Part shown: positions 51,073 through 64,000 of the stretch, one piece after another
Position numbering within the stretch: the first letter of the stretch is position 1
Layout of the letters: every line of letters begins with the position of its first letter
Assembly (NCBI GenBank): GCA_036172245.1
Contig: JAYWIR010000009.1
Span: 4,216,001-4,280,000, forward strand
Source of the DNA: Raillietiella orientalis
Taxonomy: Eukaryota
Direction: 5' to 3'
DNA: 64,000 bases
Translations under genes and position numbers: made by a program
Notes under the pieces: generated by a model
Database searches by the model: none
Seen by the model: only the letters and a program-made list of their open reading frames with translations
What the model was told of the DNA's origin: nothing

Positions 51073-54000
51073 TTTGAAGGAGATTCCGTAAATGGGAATG
51101 GCGTGCATCGTAAAAATCAAGACCGTTCTTCCAGGCAATACTCAGTCTTGATCGATGGAATCTGCCAGGCAACCGCCACGACCACGGCGGACCATCCGGC
51201 GAAGCTGCTTGCTCTCCCAAGAATCTTTGCGTTGTCACGCACCCGCTTTGAAGGCACAGCTCCATCCCACTATCCCTGCGTCCGGAAATGAAAATCACCC
51301 TGTTGAGATTGGTGACTCCGCCGTCAGAACATGAGGGCAGAAGAGCAGTGGTTCATTGCGAGCAGTGCTTTGTTCTGCAGGGGAGGGGAGGGGACGAGTG
51401 GCCGCTCCACCGCACGATTCGGATGGTCAGCTGCAGGCGCCCCTTGCAGTCCGCTCTGCAGGGCTCTGGAGCCGGGAGTTTCCCACGGTTGTGGAAAATT
51501 TCTTCGTCACAGAAACTGTGTCCGTTTCGTTCCTTAAGAGGATGCCCAAAGAGCTGACGTGGAAAATCAGCGTTCCTGATAAGACTGCGACGCTTGAAGC
51601 TCACCTCCGACGGACCTCCGAGGTGACACTTGGATGCCCTTTGGACCTTCTGAGATTTTTAAGAGCGAACGGTGCAAGAACGGAGTGCCAGCAAGCGGAA
51701 AGATGGCAACTGGAAGCTTGGGAATCTTTCCTCCGCCCTCTCTCCCTCACCTCTGCTTTTCCCAGTTAGCAGAAGCATCCGTGTCCTTCCTCAAACCTTA
51801 GGACTCGCGATTCCCGTACTTTTTTGCTCAAAATCACGAATTTCCGTTTTCCGGTTAAAAGTACCGCTCGCGTGCTCGTGGCCGCCACCGCTTCCGCTCT
51901 TTCCCTCTCGAGGAATACGCGCTGGTCGGCTTAATTTGGTTTTTCCTCTGCATGCAAATGGAGCTCTTCCAATCCTCGTTCTGCTTAGTTCGGGAATGCT
52001 GAATGTGGGTGGAGGAATCCCTACCCACAGCACAACTCTCTCTCTCTCTTCTTTTCCACTCCTGCTGTGTGCTGCTCTTCTGCGCACGGCTTTCTGGAGG
52101 TGGAGCAAAGCAGTCCCGGTGGAGCATTCCAGATTCCGCCTCTGCCACTCCGTTGAGCAGCGTGGGTCCTTCAGTGCAATTAAGCAAACGTGATCGAGTT
52201 CGAGAACGCAGGGACCTCACCGAAGGAAAGAAAGAAAAACATGGGGGGATTTGCCGTCCCCCCCCCCCCCCCCACCGCAAAATTTTCCTTTCTAAGGGAA
52301 AGGGAGAAGAAGAGAAAGGGGACACTTTTCTCATCCCTCAGCCAGCAAAATGAAACCCAAGCGTGCTGAGGGTTGCAGCGGAAAATGTAAAAGTTCCGTG
52401 CCGCCATGGCCTTCTTCTAGGGAACTCAAGTTGTTTTCTTGGAGTGACCGTGAGGAGAATTGACTTCTGCAGGGCAAAACGCTCACAAAAAAAATTCAAA
52501 TCGTTTCCGGTGCGCACGGGGACGGTGAGCTGAGTTCGCACCCGGAGCTTTCATCTTGAGGGTCTTACCAAATGCAAAGCCTCAGAGGTGGAATCGTCGA
52601 GAACACCAAAATCTCTGTGGCTCGACACCGTTTCTTTGTTCTCCGTACCGTCTATACCGCAGTCCTTACCAGAGTGTCGTTTCTTAAGAGATGCCACCGA
52701 AGCTCGAAAGTTCATCCAGGTAATTTGAAAGCCAGGGCTATAAAAAAAGAAAAAAGCAGATGCAACCTGCAGACATGCTGTTTTCGGAGATTTTTTCTCA
52801 TAGCAACCGAACGTTCCCATGACTCCAGTGATCGCTGCGTTTTTTGTTGTCACTCATAGATGTCGACATCAGGGTTTGTATAGTGCTAAATTGCCAACAC
52901 CTGTGAGTATCCTTTCATTACACGTAAAATGATTAGAAGTCCACAAGCGTGGATTGCCGGAAAAAAAAAAAAAAAATTCAGCAGCGAACGAGATGAATGA
53001 ATTTCTAGGAAGCGCGGGGGAAGGGGGGAGGGAGGGAGAACTGCAAAAGAATGGCGAAGAAAGTTGCCAGCGAAGAAAGACCCCTCCAGATCGTTTCGAG
53101 AAACCAGAATTGAGAAGTGAAATGGAAAGCAAACACATCCTTCCTGCTTTGCTTTCGGTATTGTTTGCTCTGTACCAACACGCCCCGAGAAGGATTTGCG
53201 ATGAAAATCATCTCATGCATTCAGTCAAAGGGGGAACCTCGACACACTCCCAAAAATCAGGCATAAGCGCCAACTCGATTACATCCTTTTGTCTCCTTGA
53301 CTTCCCTCCACGTTTGCATACCTTGGAGAGGAAAGCTGCAGTGGGCGAAATGTAGGTCGCATTTTCTATGTATTCAAGCGGTGTTTGTAGCTGTCGCAAG
53401 CCTTTTGGCATCCAGAAATGCATTCGATGAAACCGAGTTACCCGATTTTCCGATTCGACCTGGGTACTTGGCAACAAGAAGCTTATGGACGGGTCGCGCC
53501 ATCGGCGTTCCGGTGAGCAAACTTCCCTCACCGGCCGTTTCCAGAGGCATCCTCTCAAAGAGTTTCCCAGACGATTTCCGTGGGCAGTAGGAGGCGCGTC
53601 CCGCTCTACGGCCAAATGTTAAGGCCGGAGGCACTGCGAGTGCGAACGTAGCGCGCAGCCTTTGTAGCTACGAGTAAAAGTGATACAGTGTTTCGAACCG
53701 CTCACTGTGCACAAACTTCCAGTAGTCACCAGGCGACGAAGGAAGGAGAAAGCAGTGCGAATTTGGGATTTTCCTTAGCCGTTAGCCCCCTCAGTGCGTC
53801 TGGTACCCCTGTTCGCTTTTGTTTGCGCTAGAGACCCGTGCGGACGACTCCATCCGTTTCCAGGCGAAATTCCAGCAGATTTTCGCATGCTTTTGGGAGT
53901 CTTCGGGAAACGGGAAGATGTAACACACATGAATAAGCTCGGGAACGATAAGTATTTTGCGCGCCGCCTGTGGGAAGCACCTGCGTTTCGACAGGGATTC

Positions 54001-54849
54001 CATTTAGGTAAAGCCAACGGGGATGCCATGCTTGATGCGGATTTTCTTTTCGAAAAACGTAAGCAAAGACGTGCTCGCAGGCTGGCCAATCGAGCGGGCC
54101 GTGCCGTTTTGAATACCAAATTGATTTTTGCTGCAATTTTTGATGACCGTGTGCATGCAGCAGCCTCATTTTATTTTTATTTTTTTTTTAAAAAAGAAAA
54201 AGAAAAAGGCAAGTTAATCACTCAAACGCGATCCTTTTTTCCGATGCGGGACAGATGCAGTTTTCAGTTATCTACATTTATTTGGGGGGGGGGGGGTGAG
54301 GGGGCATTTATTTTCGGAGACCCGTGAAAATCCGACGATCACCGGCGCTATTCTCCCGTGTGAAAATCACGGAACGCGGAAGCTTTCCTCCGGGCGAGGC
54401 TGATCTGGGAACCGTGCTTTCGGAATTCCCTGCGCCGGAAGCGCAACATTCGGGAGACCGGGTCTCCTTGGGCGAAGCACGCCTTTTGCTCGCGGCGAAA
54501 ATGTCCGCCTCCCTTGGGGGTGGGCAATTTTCGCCGCGAGTCGCCCGGCCAACACTCTCTTTTTCCGCGGGGAGCGCGCGAGCCGATTCGACGAGCTGTT
54601 TGGCACGGACGCGTTCGCGCCGTTGCTCGCCGCGCGCGCCCTGGCAGCCTTGATGACGGTGGGAACTCTGCTGGCACGGCAAGGCAAAAGCGGACGAGAA
54701 AAAGTGCGTGTCCCCGAGCGGGAGCAGCTGAGCGTGAGAAGTCCGAGGGACCGCAAAGAGCGAAGCTCGGGGACGTTCCGTAGTCTCGGAGCAACGGATG
54801 CTGGGTGAAGTCGACGACGGGAGAGGATCGCCTGCCTGCCGGTGAGACA

Positions 54850-55060
54850 ACCCGGTCGCACGGTCTCCGAACGATGGGAGCGGAGGTCAAAGTGGTCCGA
54901 GCGTTCAGTGAATCCTGGGATCCGTGCCGGAGCGCGTGCCGCGGTGGAGTTCGCGCGTGAGCCGAAAAGGTTCGCTTTGCCCGCGCGTGTTTCCCGCGAA
55001 GCGAATGGCGGAAGCGCGCGCACCTGCGGCCCCGAGCAACAACACCTCCCACAAGCCCAG
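54850..55060 (+). other. Candidate non-coding first exon of the FAM43-like gene in a CpG-dense region
   Basis: A consensus donor CAG|GTAAGC lies at 55060/55061, and an acceptor tgtgtttcag ends at 58580 upstream of the ATG. The pairing is inferred. Confidence 0.35.
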
Positions 55061-55432
55061 GTAAGCCTTGGCAGTGTTTCCGCCGGACGTGTGTGTGTTG
55101 TGTGCCCTCTGTGTGCTGCGAACTCACGGCGACCGCCGCAGGCATCCCGGGTGTTGCCATCTCGCGGATGGCATGGCGCTCAGCGTGGGGGGGGAGGGAA
55201 AGGAACCTTTTTTCTTTTCTTTTTGTGTGCGTGCGCGTGCGTGTGTTGTTCCCGTTTCGGATCCTGCCCCGAGGGGGGCAGTGACTTCTTCTCGGGCCCC
55301 TCGCACGTATCGGCTTCTCGCTCGCCGTGTCTGGCACCATTTCTTGCTCCAAACAGGTTGGACCGTCTGCAACTCGCTCTTGGAAAGTTCCTCTCAAATT
55401 TCGTTCCCATAAAGGGTGCAAAAAGCCGCCGC

Positions 55433-55465
<33 letters not shown>

Positions 55466-55869
55466 CAGAAGAGCCGATCGGCGTAAGCGGAAAACGGGAA
55501 GTTTTCAAAGTCGCTTGAAGCTTCCATCCGACGACACGGGAGGAAAGCCGACAGCCTCCAGCATCCCGTCGACATGCACTCGAACGTGCATCCGGAGCCG
55601 TCCGTGTGGGCGCAGCACTTGCTGAGGAACCCTCGCACGGGAGTGTAAGTGTTGGTGGTGGTGGTCGTGTGGGGTTTGCGGGAAGCGCCCCCCTTTCCCC
55701 AGTCGTCTTCGCGACCGAGAATTTCGCCATTCGCTCGTGGAAATTCCTTTTTCTTCTTTAATCGGTGTATGTGTTGCGCCCGTCCACGTTGCTTTTTCCG
55801 GAGGAGCCGAAAGTGCCGCTTGTGGAGTCGTCGTATCGCAAAGTCACGCCATTCGTCACGACCCGCGGG

Positions 55870-55894
55870 CACACACACACACACACACACACAC
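55870..55894. repeat. (CA)n microsatellite
   Basis: Seen directly in the sequence. Confidence 0.95.
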
Positions 55895-57526
55895 TCGAAC
55901 ACGCGCGATGACGATGCGGGCGACCCGACACGGTCACAAACACCTCGGAGTGGCAGTGCGCGTGTCCCCGGCGCAGCGCGCTCGCCGGGCACCGTCCGAG
56001 GGACCCCCTGGGGGCGGAATTCGGGTTCTGTGCAGTTGTCACGCGGGCTCGTTGGCCAAAGGGAAGCCGGGGAGAAATGGCGCATGCGTGGAAATGGGGC
56101 CTTGGCCCAACTTTTCACCCCCCACGTGATCCGTGGTTCGTTGGCGGTGATAGCGTGGTGTGTGCTGTGGGTGAGCGTCGCGCCCGCGACCACGTGGGCG
56201 TCCAACCGAACCGCACTTTTCCTATCCGTACGCACTGCGAGGTGTTGCGTACACATACGGCCGTAAAATTCTTTCAAAAGCGTCCGTCACGTAACGCACG
56301 GTTGGGAGTTTTCGTATTTTGAGATCAAGGTCACGCCGGGTACAGCGGGGTCCAAATGGAAAGTTGCGCCTGCTGACAGGGAAACGCTTTTCTGTGGATT
56401 TCCTCCTCTCTCTCTCTCTTTCCCTTCCCCCCCCCCCCCTCCCATCTCGTGTGTGTGGATTTCGGTGCGGCAAGTGCGTGGCAGGCACGGGGAGGGCGCC
56501 GAGATGAGGTTCCTTGGCAACGCCAGCCCGGCTCTGGGATGCGCCGATTTCCTGTCCATCTTTGCGCCGAGCTGCGTTTCCTCTTCTGCCAGGAAAGCCT
56601 CGCGCTTCTGTGCTTTCTCGTTGCGGCATTGATGCAATCGTAAGTCATCGCGATTCAGCAGCCGTATGTCTTTCATTAATGCGTGACTTGCGATCTCGTC
56701 CATCTGATAACCTTTGCTCCTTATTTGGTCCGTCTGCCGCACTGAGGCTGCTGCTGCTGCTCCAAGTCCGCTGGCAGTGGTCGTCGTCGTGAGGTGTTCC
56801 CCTCTCGCAGACCCGACCCTAAAAAGAGCCCTTTTTTCAAAAGTGGGTTGTACTCAGGAGCTTGCTGAAGTTTGTACAAGTTTTGTGCTCGTACGGATGG
56901 CTGACGGTGCAGCGCGAAGGACGGGCTCTCTCCCCGGAAGCGTACCAAGTTCCTGGACGCGGTTCCGATCCCTTCCTGAAAGTGAAATTCCTTTTCACAG
57001 AGTTTTCCTCACCGAGTCGGATGCTGACCGATGTCCCGGTAAATCGTGTTCGAATGGTGGAAAGCAACATCGTTGTAACGCTGTGCATCCTCAGTGGAAA
57101 AAAAAAAAAAAATCGTCATGGTTTCGCAACATGACCGTTTTTTTCTTTTTTTTTTTTTTCACGTTCGAGCACACAGTGGCACGAAACGAAACGTGGCGAT
57201 GTGTGGTGCACGCACACCGTGGCCACATGAAACGTGCAACACGCGACGGCGGGAGTCGGAAGTGGAAACGGACGAGGCCCCGTTTCCTGGGGAACGGATC
57301 TGGCGAAGAAGACGTGCTGCAGTCGCATCCGCAGCTTGCCGAAGTCCTGGGAGAAACGCTCCCGGCCAGGAACCGTTTCCGAGGGACGGCCTGCCCTCCG
57401 AGCGGGGAAGCTGCGACTCCCGCCCTCGGGCGTTTTCGTGCCGTTTCGCTTACTCTCTGAGGACAGAGGGAACACCTTTTATCCAGAGGGGTTTGTTTCA
57501 TGCTGCTAAAGCAAAGAGCACCGGCT

Positions 57527-57562
57527 TTCTTCTTCTTCTTCTTCTTCTTCTTCTTCTTCTTC
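57527..57562. repeat. (CTT)n microsatellite
   Basis: Seen directly in the sequence. Confidence 0.95.
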
Positions 57563-57696
57563 CCCCCTCCCCCCTTTCAAACGTCATTCCTTAGAATAGT
57601 TGGTTGTTTCCTTTGCAACTATATACCCATCTAAAAAAAAAAAAGGTAATATTCTTTTTAGATTCTTTATCTATGTGAAGAGCCTTCCTGCATGTG

Positions 57697-57729
<33 letters not shown>

Positions 57730-58685
57730 GGAGAAACGGTCGCTTTCGTCAAGCACATAAATTGCAGGGAAGATTTGCGCATTTGTTTTGAAAAGGAAAC
57801 CCTCGGCCGCGCCGAAACTCCGCCTCGGTGCAGCGAAACTCTGCCTTCGTGGGTCTCGGGACTCGACTGGGAATGCACGGGAAAAAAAAAAAAAAAAAAA
57901 GGTGCACTTTTCCAGGAAAGATAATTCGCACCGCTATGTATCTCGAAGCGGATTTGTTTCGTTTCGGTTGATGGCGCCCGAGGCTTCTGCGCACGTTGGC
58001 ACTCGTGACGCGAGTACCTTGCCGGAGGCCATCGTCGCAGTGAATTTCTTCCCGACCTGTGACCTGCGGGACTCCTCGGCGCTTGCGTGACGTTTTGCGA
58101 AGTCCCGAACTCGGGCCATCCTTCCGGTCTCCGACGAAGGGGAAGAGGGAGGAGGAAAGCGAGCGCCGTGGAGGACGCAGCTTCCGCACCTGATGATGAT
58201 CTCCGGTAATTTCTTGCCCGTCGACACCAAGTGGGACGGCCGTGCTCCTCCTGGGAAGCGGGGCCCGGGTCCGCGCGCGCGGGTGGACTTGACCCCTGAT
58301 CCCGAAATCAGATTCCATCGGGAGCGTGAAGGCGCCAGCGGGTTCCGTTCCATAGTTTGCACCACCACGAGGCGTGCACACTGTCGTCGTGAGTGTTGGC
58401 GCTGGTCCGTTCCACCGAGAGGAAATGCAAGACCGCGTCGTGTTTTGTTTTATTTATTTATTTATTTTTTTTCCTTCCCCCCCCCCTTCTTCGTTTGGTT
58501 TTCGAAACATGTTATCACGAAAGCACAAAGATATTTTTTCCCTGCACTATCTGCTCTCACGTTTTTTGCTTTGTGTTTCAGCAGCCTACGATGATCTGTT
58601 CCTAGTCGGGCACGCGGCCGATGGAAGTGTTCTGTGGCAACACCATAGGTGCACTGCACAGCGGAAACCGACACGCGGGAAGACC

Positions 58686-61600
58686 ATGAGCGCTGCAGGC
58701 GGCGAATCGGACGTGCAAATGAAGACGTGCAAATCCATCTGCAAGTTCCAGAAATTCTGGAAGAAACGTTCGTTTAACGTGACCGAGGGGGATTCCACGT
58801 ACGGAGTTGTTTACCTGGGGAACATCGTCACGGGATGCGCCAAAGGTATTTCTGGACTTTGCGGAAGCCTCGGGAAGCCTGCTGGGTACCCCGGGGCTCA
58901 GTGTTTGGGTTCTCCCCCCTGCCTGCACAGCCTGTTTCCGGCCACTGCGGCCTTTCCTGGTCCCCTCCCCCCATCCCCCGGCCGTCGCCACTTTTCCCCA
59001 TTTCGCGATGCTTCCCCACTTTTCAAGATGGGGGGTGGGGAGCACTGCAAGGCACCTGAAGGTGTCGTCGTAGGCGTCTCCCTATTTTTCCCGCGTCTTT
59101 CGCTGCACGTTAATGTTCGGGGGGGGGGGGGACATAAAATCCCGGTCGCCAATTCGCTCGGCGAACAAGGCAGCCGCGCTTATTTCTCGTCTGGGGAACT
59201 TTTTGGCCGTTGCCTTGGCTTGTTGAGGGACAAACTCGTGCGCATAATGATGATGATCGGCAGCAGGTATTCCCGGAGGGTTCCTCTTCCGAAGACCTCA
59301 AGCTGGAGGTTGTGCGCGCAGAGCGAGCGAACGCTGCGCACCCGCACGTGCACTCAAAGGCACAACCATCTTGACGAGCCGTTGATTGCTTGACGGAGAT
59401 GGAGGACCGTTGCTGGGGAGTTCAGAGACTTCGTTAGACGAGCGCATCCGTCGCGGGAAGCAGCAGGCTTGCCACTTCCCCTTCCTTCCTTTCATTTTTT
59501 TTTTTTTTTTTGTCGTGTCCGCGCGTTTGTTTTTGTTTGTGTTTCTGTTTGGGGAGCAATTCGAAATCTTCAGAGGTGGATTGCTGTTTACACGCCGCGG
59601 ATAAATCGATTCGATTTTCATCGATTCCATTCGGTTCATCATCGCATGGCGGACTGTCGCTCAGCGATTGCAAAGACAAACGCTTATTGCGCAAACAGAA
59701 GTAGCGATGCTCACGTGTGGTGGCTGCTGCAGAAAGTGGTTCCTTTACTTTATTTGGGATTACATCCTCTCGAATTCTGGGTTTTGTGGGAGCACGCTTT
59801 TTTTTTTTCTTTCCTTTTTCTTTTCGTGATTCAGAGATCACGGTCACTGCTCGACTAATTGGATAAGCTGCACGTTGTGTAGCGTGGGCTGTCGGCAGTC
59901 TCAGCAGTTTCGGACGTCGTTAGCTGATGATAGGCTTTTGAAATGAGTGATGGGAACGTTCGTAGGGGCATTCTGTGCGTCCTCACTCCGGCAAGTCTTT
60001 CTGAATAGAAAATGACTCGAATAACAAGCATTTTTTTTTCTTTAAACATGGATGTGTGTGTGTTTGTTTGTGTGTGTATGCCCTGTTTGAAAGTAAAATG
60101 AGTATCGATGAGCACGAGTGACCTCTGCGATGGTTTCGATAACGTTGGCGCCAGGGGAGGACACTTTCTGTTCCGTCGTCGTCGTCGGAAGCTGCCTGCC
60201 TGTTGCACGTGTGCGTAAGCACCAGGGCGCTCTTCCTCCTCCTCCCTTCCACCCACCCACCTTTCTTCCCCCTTCCGTCTCCTTCGTGCGAGGGCATGGC
60301 GCCCCTTTGCGGACTCGCGTCCGTCTCCCGAACGGCCCCGCGGGGGGCGTCCGCGCAACCCTTCCGCGAGGCGGACTCTGGAACGCGCCCGCGGCCTTCT
60401 CGCCGCCATCGTCCGTGTCCAGCCGGCGCGCGTAGCGGTAAATGCGAGCGTCACGGAAGTGACTCTTAGAGCGAATTGCGTCACTTTCGCACTCGCAGAT
60501 AGGAGCACGGAATACATACGGAATACGATGAGAGGCAGCTGACTGAGTGACATGCCCGCCGTGATGTGCGTGGTGGCGATAAGACGGAGGAACGTCACGA
60601 AGTTCCCTCCGCGGCTCTCTCCCGCAACCTGTACGTCGGCAATGGGGTCAGGAAAACCATCCGAAAGCGTCAGTCGATACGTCCAAATACGCCCTTCATC
60701 TATGAGATCACACGGATCACCCGTAATGAAAGCGTGGTGCTTTCAACTTTTCGATCTGAAGCCCTTATTATTATTATCATTAATAATAATAATAGTTCCG
60801 TAGCAGAGTAGCGTTATGCACCTCATCTGGAAAAAAAAAACCCTCCGTATATCTGATCCACAACATCCACATCCAACTCATTTTGAAGGCCATCAGTCCG
60901 TGCTCTCAACTCATTGGGAGTGGTGTGGTGTGTGTGCTGCCTTGGAAAGCATCGCCCACAGCTTAAAAGCATACCACAGGGCTGGTGTTCTCCGGAATCA
61001 GTCAAGGGCGTGTCTCGTGCTGGTGTGTGTCATCAGAGGTGGAACTTCCTCGAGTCCCTGGAGCGCTCCAGGTTGCCTTGTTGGCGCGTCCGCTGACCGA
61101 GGAGGAATCCCCAATGGATGCGCCTTGCTTGCCGCGTGCTTCCCGGTCTTTCTGTCCTGCGCACCCGTCCGTGCGTGGTCGCCTCCCGTTCAGCAGGCAG
61201 CTCCAGATCGTTCCGAGTGGCAACGCGGGTGGCGGCTGCAGCCTCCGCCGCTTGGACCAGCGTTCTTCTGCGGATGCCTTCTTCGAGGCGGCTTCGTTGC
61301 ATATGCTACCCGAGTCGAGCCCTCGTCCTCCGACTGCACTCCATCTGTCATACTGCGCCTCCTTGAGTTTCACCGCAGGACATCGTGGGCCTTCGAAAAA
61401 GATGAATGGATGGTTTCCCGGGTCGTTTCTTCGTTCGGAAACACATGCGGCGTGACATGTGGGCGATGCACGCTATCGTAATCTCGGATCCAATCCTTCA
61501 ATCCTTGACCAAATTGCCATCTCCGCGGACGAAAAACTTTCCTTCCTACCCATTAGCGTATGATGAATGAAGGTCTTAAAAGTCGGTTCGCCCCGAAGAG

Positions 61601-62112
61601 TGCATAACGGACGAAAGGAATCTGTCTTGCCGAAGTGACGTTCTGTTTGTGCGGGGTACGAAAAGGGCACATGAGAATCGGAAGTCGCAGGAAGGTGCTC
61701 CGTGGTAAGACGGCTATCTTCCCGGGCTGTCGCCCAACAGGACGGGGGGGGGGAAGAGGTGTGCCTCGACGGTTCGTGCCGGTTGCGAAAGAGTTCTGGG
61801 AAAGGCGACGGCGCCCTTCGCAAAGCCGCAGGTCCGGTTCTGCCTGCAGCTGCTTCTGGATGAGCTCGCTGCAACCTTTTGCTTGCTTGATTTTCGCTCT
61901 CCCTCCTCCTGTGCTCACTTTGTGAGTTTTGCCGTCTGCAGTTGGTGTCGCGCACCCCGGAGGAAACAACAAAACAAAAAAAAAAAAAGACGCATTGGCC
62001 ATCGCAGGGGTCACCCTCCTCCTGCAGTGCTCCGTTGTCGCGAGCTTCTATTTATGGAGGGTTTAACTGTGTAAGCGAACGACCTCGTGGTGGTGATTGT
62101 GGAGGCGCACTG

Positions 62113-62146
<34 letters not shown>

Positions 62147-63486
62147 GCTCTGTAATTTGTCACTTGGCGCGAGTCATGGCAGGTCACTCGTTCCACCGTT
62201 TGCACATCCGAGCTAGCTCTTCTTCTTCTTCCACCTGCTCCGGAGCGTGGGTGAGAGGAGAGGTCACTGTGGGCGGCGATCTCGTAAGCGAAAAAGTGTG
62301 GATGCAAAGTGTGTGGACGTCGCTCGCGGGGGGGGGGGGAGCCAAGGCATCGCCAGAGCTTTCGCGGAAGCGTCGCTGCCTCCGCCGTCTTGAGATCTTC
62401 CGTGCGCCTTCTTCTTCGCGCTCGGTTTGTGGCTTCGCGCCAGGGATGCGGGGATGGCAGTTCCCGATTTCCCTCCGGCGATGGCTTCCGGCAGCTGGTT
62501 AATATGGGGGTGATTTTTCTTTTTCCCCTTTTTTTTTTTTTTTTCTTCTTTTTCCAGGTGACGGTTGCGTGGACAAGCCACTGTCCACGTTGTGGAAAAA
62601 CTACCAGCACAAGAAATCCGACATGCACATGAGGTTGACCGTGACCGCCAACGGGCTGCGAGTTGCAACAGCCGAGCACGGGATCACAGAATATTGGAGT
62701 AACCGAATCACCTACTGCTGCTCCCACCCCCAGTACCCTAAAGTGTTCTGCTGGATATACCGCCACGAAGGCAAGAAACTGAAGCAGGAGCTGCGCTGCC
62801 ATGCGGTGCTCTGTCCGGGAAGCAGGAAAACCCCCCAGAAAATCGAGAACCTTCTCAGAGAAAGACTGACGTTGGCGTTCTTCGAGTTCAAGAGGAACAA
62901 AATCCTCAGGCAGAACATGCGCCTGAGCTGGATGAACTACCTGTGTGATAACCCCGGCCTCCCGAAGCGCAAGCTCCTGCTCTGCACGGGATCGCAGAAC
63001 TACAAGCCTCCCCTGGAGCGCTGTAAATCGGCTCCGAAGCTGCCTGTGATAGAGGAATCTCCCGAGGAGGAAGGTGCCATCGTCGCCGGCATGTTCCTAG
63101 TGGGTGACGAGTACGAGGAGATCGTCTCCAACTCGGTCTCCGAGTGCGCGTCCGACCTTGGCACGGATTTCGAATCCCAGTTCGTGGAGAGCGATACGGA
63201 GATCTTTTCCTCCCCATCCCGTCGCGCGAGCAAACAGACGTTCCCGGACGGTTTCCGCAACGACGTCCTGTACGTCGGGCGTCCCGAAAAAGTGGCGGAC
63301 GCGGAGGGGAGCGCAGAGCATTTCCCGCTGGCGGACATTTTGTGCGACCTGCCCTTGCCGCCGACCATGCTGCCTCAGGACACGGACAGCTTCAGCGACG
63401 AAAGCGGTTACTCGGAGGAGAAGCCCTGCTCGCTGTACCTGTCGGAACCCGATTACGATAGAATTGTCTTTGTGTGTTCTCTGTGA
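58686..63486 (+). CDS. FAM43A: FAM43A-like PTB/PID (PID_2) domain protein
   Basis: Coding exons 58686-58845 and 62558-63486 with a phase-1 GT-AG intron and a strong polypyrimidine tract. The joined translation reads FWKKRSFNVTEGDSTYGVVYLGNIVTGCAKGDGCVDKPLSTLWKNY..EYWSNRITYC..YPKVFCWIYRHEGKKLKQELRCHAVLC..EFKRNKILRQN..PKRKLLL..NYKPPLERCKSAPKLPVIEE and ends in a hydrophobic C-terminus. Confidence 0.9.
62114..62144. repeat. (TG)n microsatellite in the FAM43-like intron
   Basis: Seen directly in the sequence. Confidence 0.95.
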
Positions 63487-64000
63487 TGTCCCGGACAGGT
63501 TTATAGCATTTATTTTTCACTACGATAATATAGAGAGTATCCAGCGAACTGTGTACTGATTATTGGCCTGCGCGTACATTCCCTTTTGATTCGTACTTTG
63601 GCGATGACGTTTTGGGCATCGGCGGCTTCGCTTGTACGTCGTGTCTTCCAGGGGATCGCCGTCCCAAAGGGGGCAATCTGAACAGAATTCCAGAACTTTT
63701 TCCTTTTTCTCTGAAACGCTGCACGCACTCGGGCGCACATCCGCGAATCGAATACTAAAATGGGGAGTAGGCTGCTCTAAGGATTTAATTGGCGGGAGCA
63801 TGAAGTTTTGGGAACGATTACAGCCAAGCCGGCGGAGATTCCGGACTTCATTATCTGCCTGGAAACGTGACGTGGAGGCGAAAAACCGCTGCTCCCGTTC
63901 TTCCGGCCTGTGCAATTATGCGCCCGTTCTTATTTCAGGAAATGCGTCTCCCGGAGGCCTGTCCCAGAGATCGCGCCGAAGAAAGAGTGGACAAAGGCTG

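Noticed and set aside
28210..62500. Numerous overlapping 100-460 aa six-frame ORFs (e.g. 39498-40685, 40871-42058, 54348-55730)
   Set aside because: They are Arg/Pro/Ser/Gly-rich, overlap in several frames and read through homopolymers and microsatellites, as expected by chance in GC-rich DNA.
1..64000. CRISPR arrays, operons, prokaryotic defence systems, rRNA/tRNA genes
   Set aside because: The sequence is spliceosomal-intron eukaryotic DNA. No regularly spaced repeats or structural RNA genes were seen.

Overview
Eukaryotic, probably arthropod, genomic DNA; the PINCH LIM3 insert 'SRPGLSSND' is arthropod-like. The window has two compositional halves. About 1-24 kb is AT-rich and CpG-poor and holds three intron-rich housekeeping genes: the 5' part of the RNA polymerase I largest subunit (RPA1/POLR1A, minus), a 19-exon RSF1-like PHD chromatin-remodelling gene (plus) and PINCH/LIMS1 (minus, tail-to-tail with RSF1). 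Many of their introns are only 40-57 nt. About 24-64 kb is GC/CpG-rich. It contains a ~21 kb graveyard of decayed mobile elements (several L1/Tx1-like LINE fragments in both orientations, an RLE-type NeSL/R2-like fragment, a possible R4-like fragment and a Tigger/pogo transposase), an intronless, disrupted, diverged exocyst Sec6/EXOC3-like sequence embedded among the LINE pieces, and a two-coding-exon FAM43-like PTB/PID-domain gene. All family assignments come from motif recognition by eye, not from database searches. Most short six-frame ORFs in the GC-rich half are spurious.
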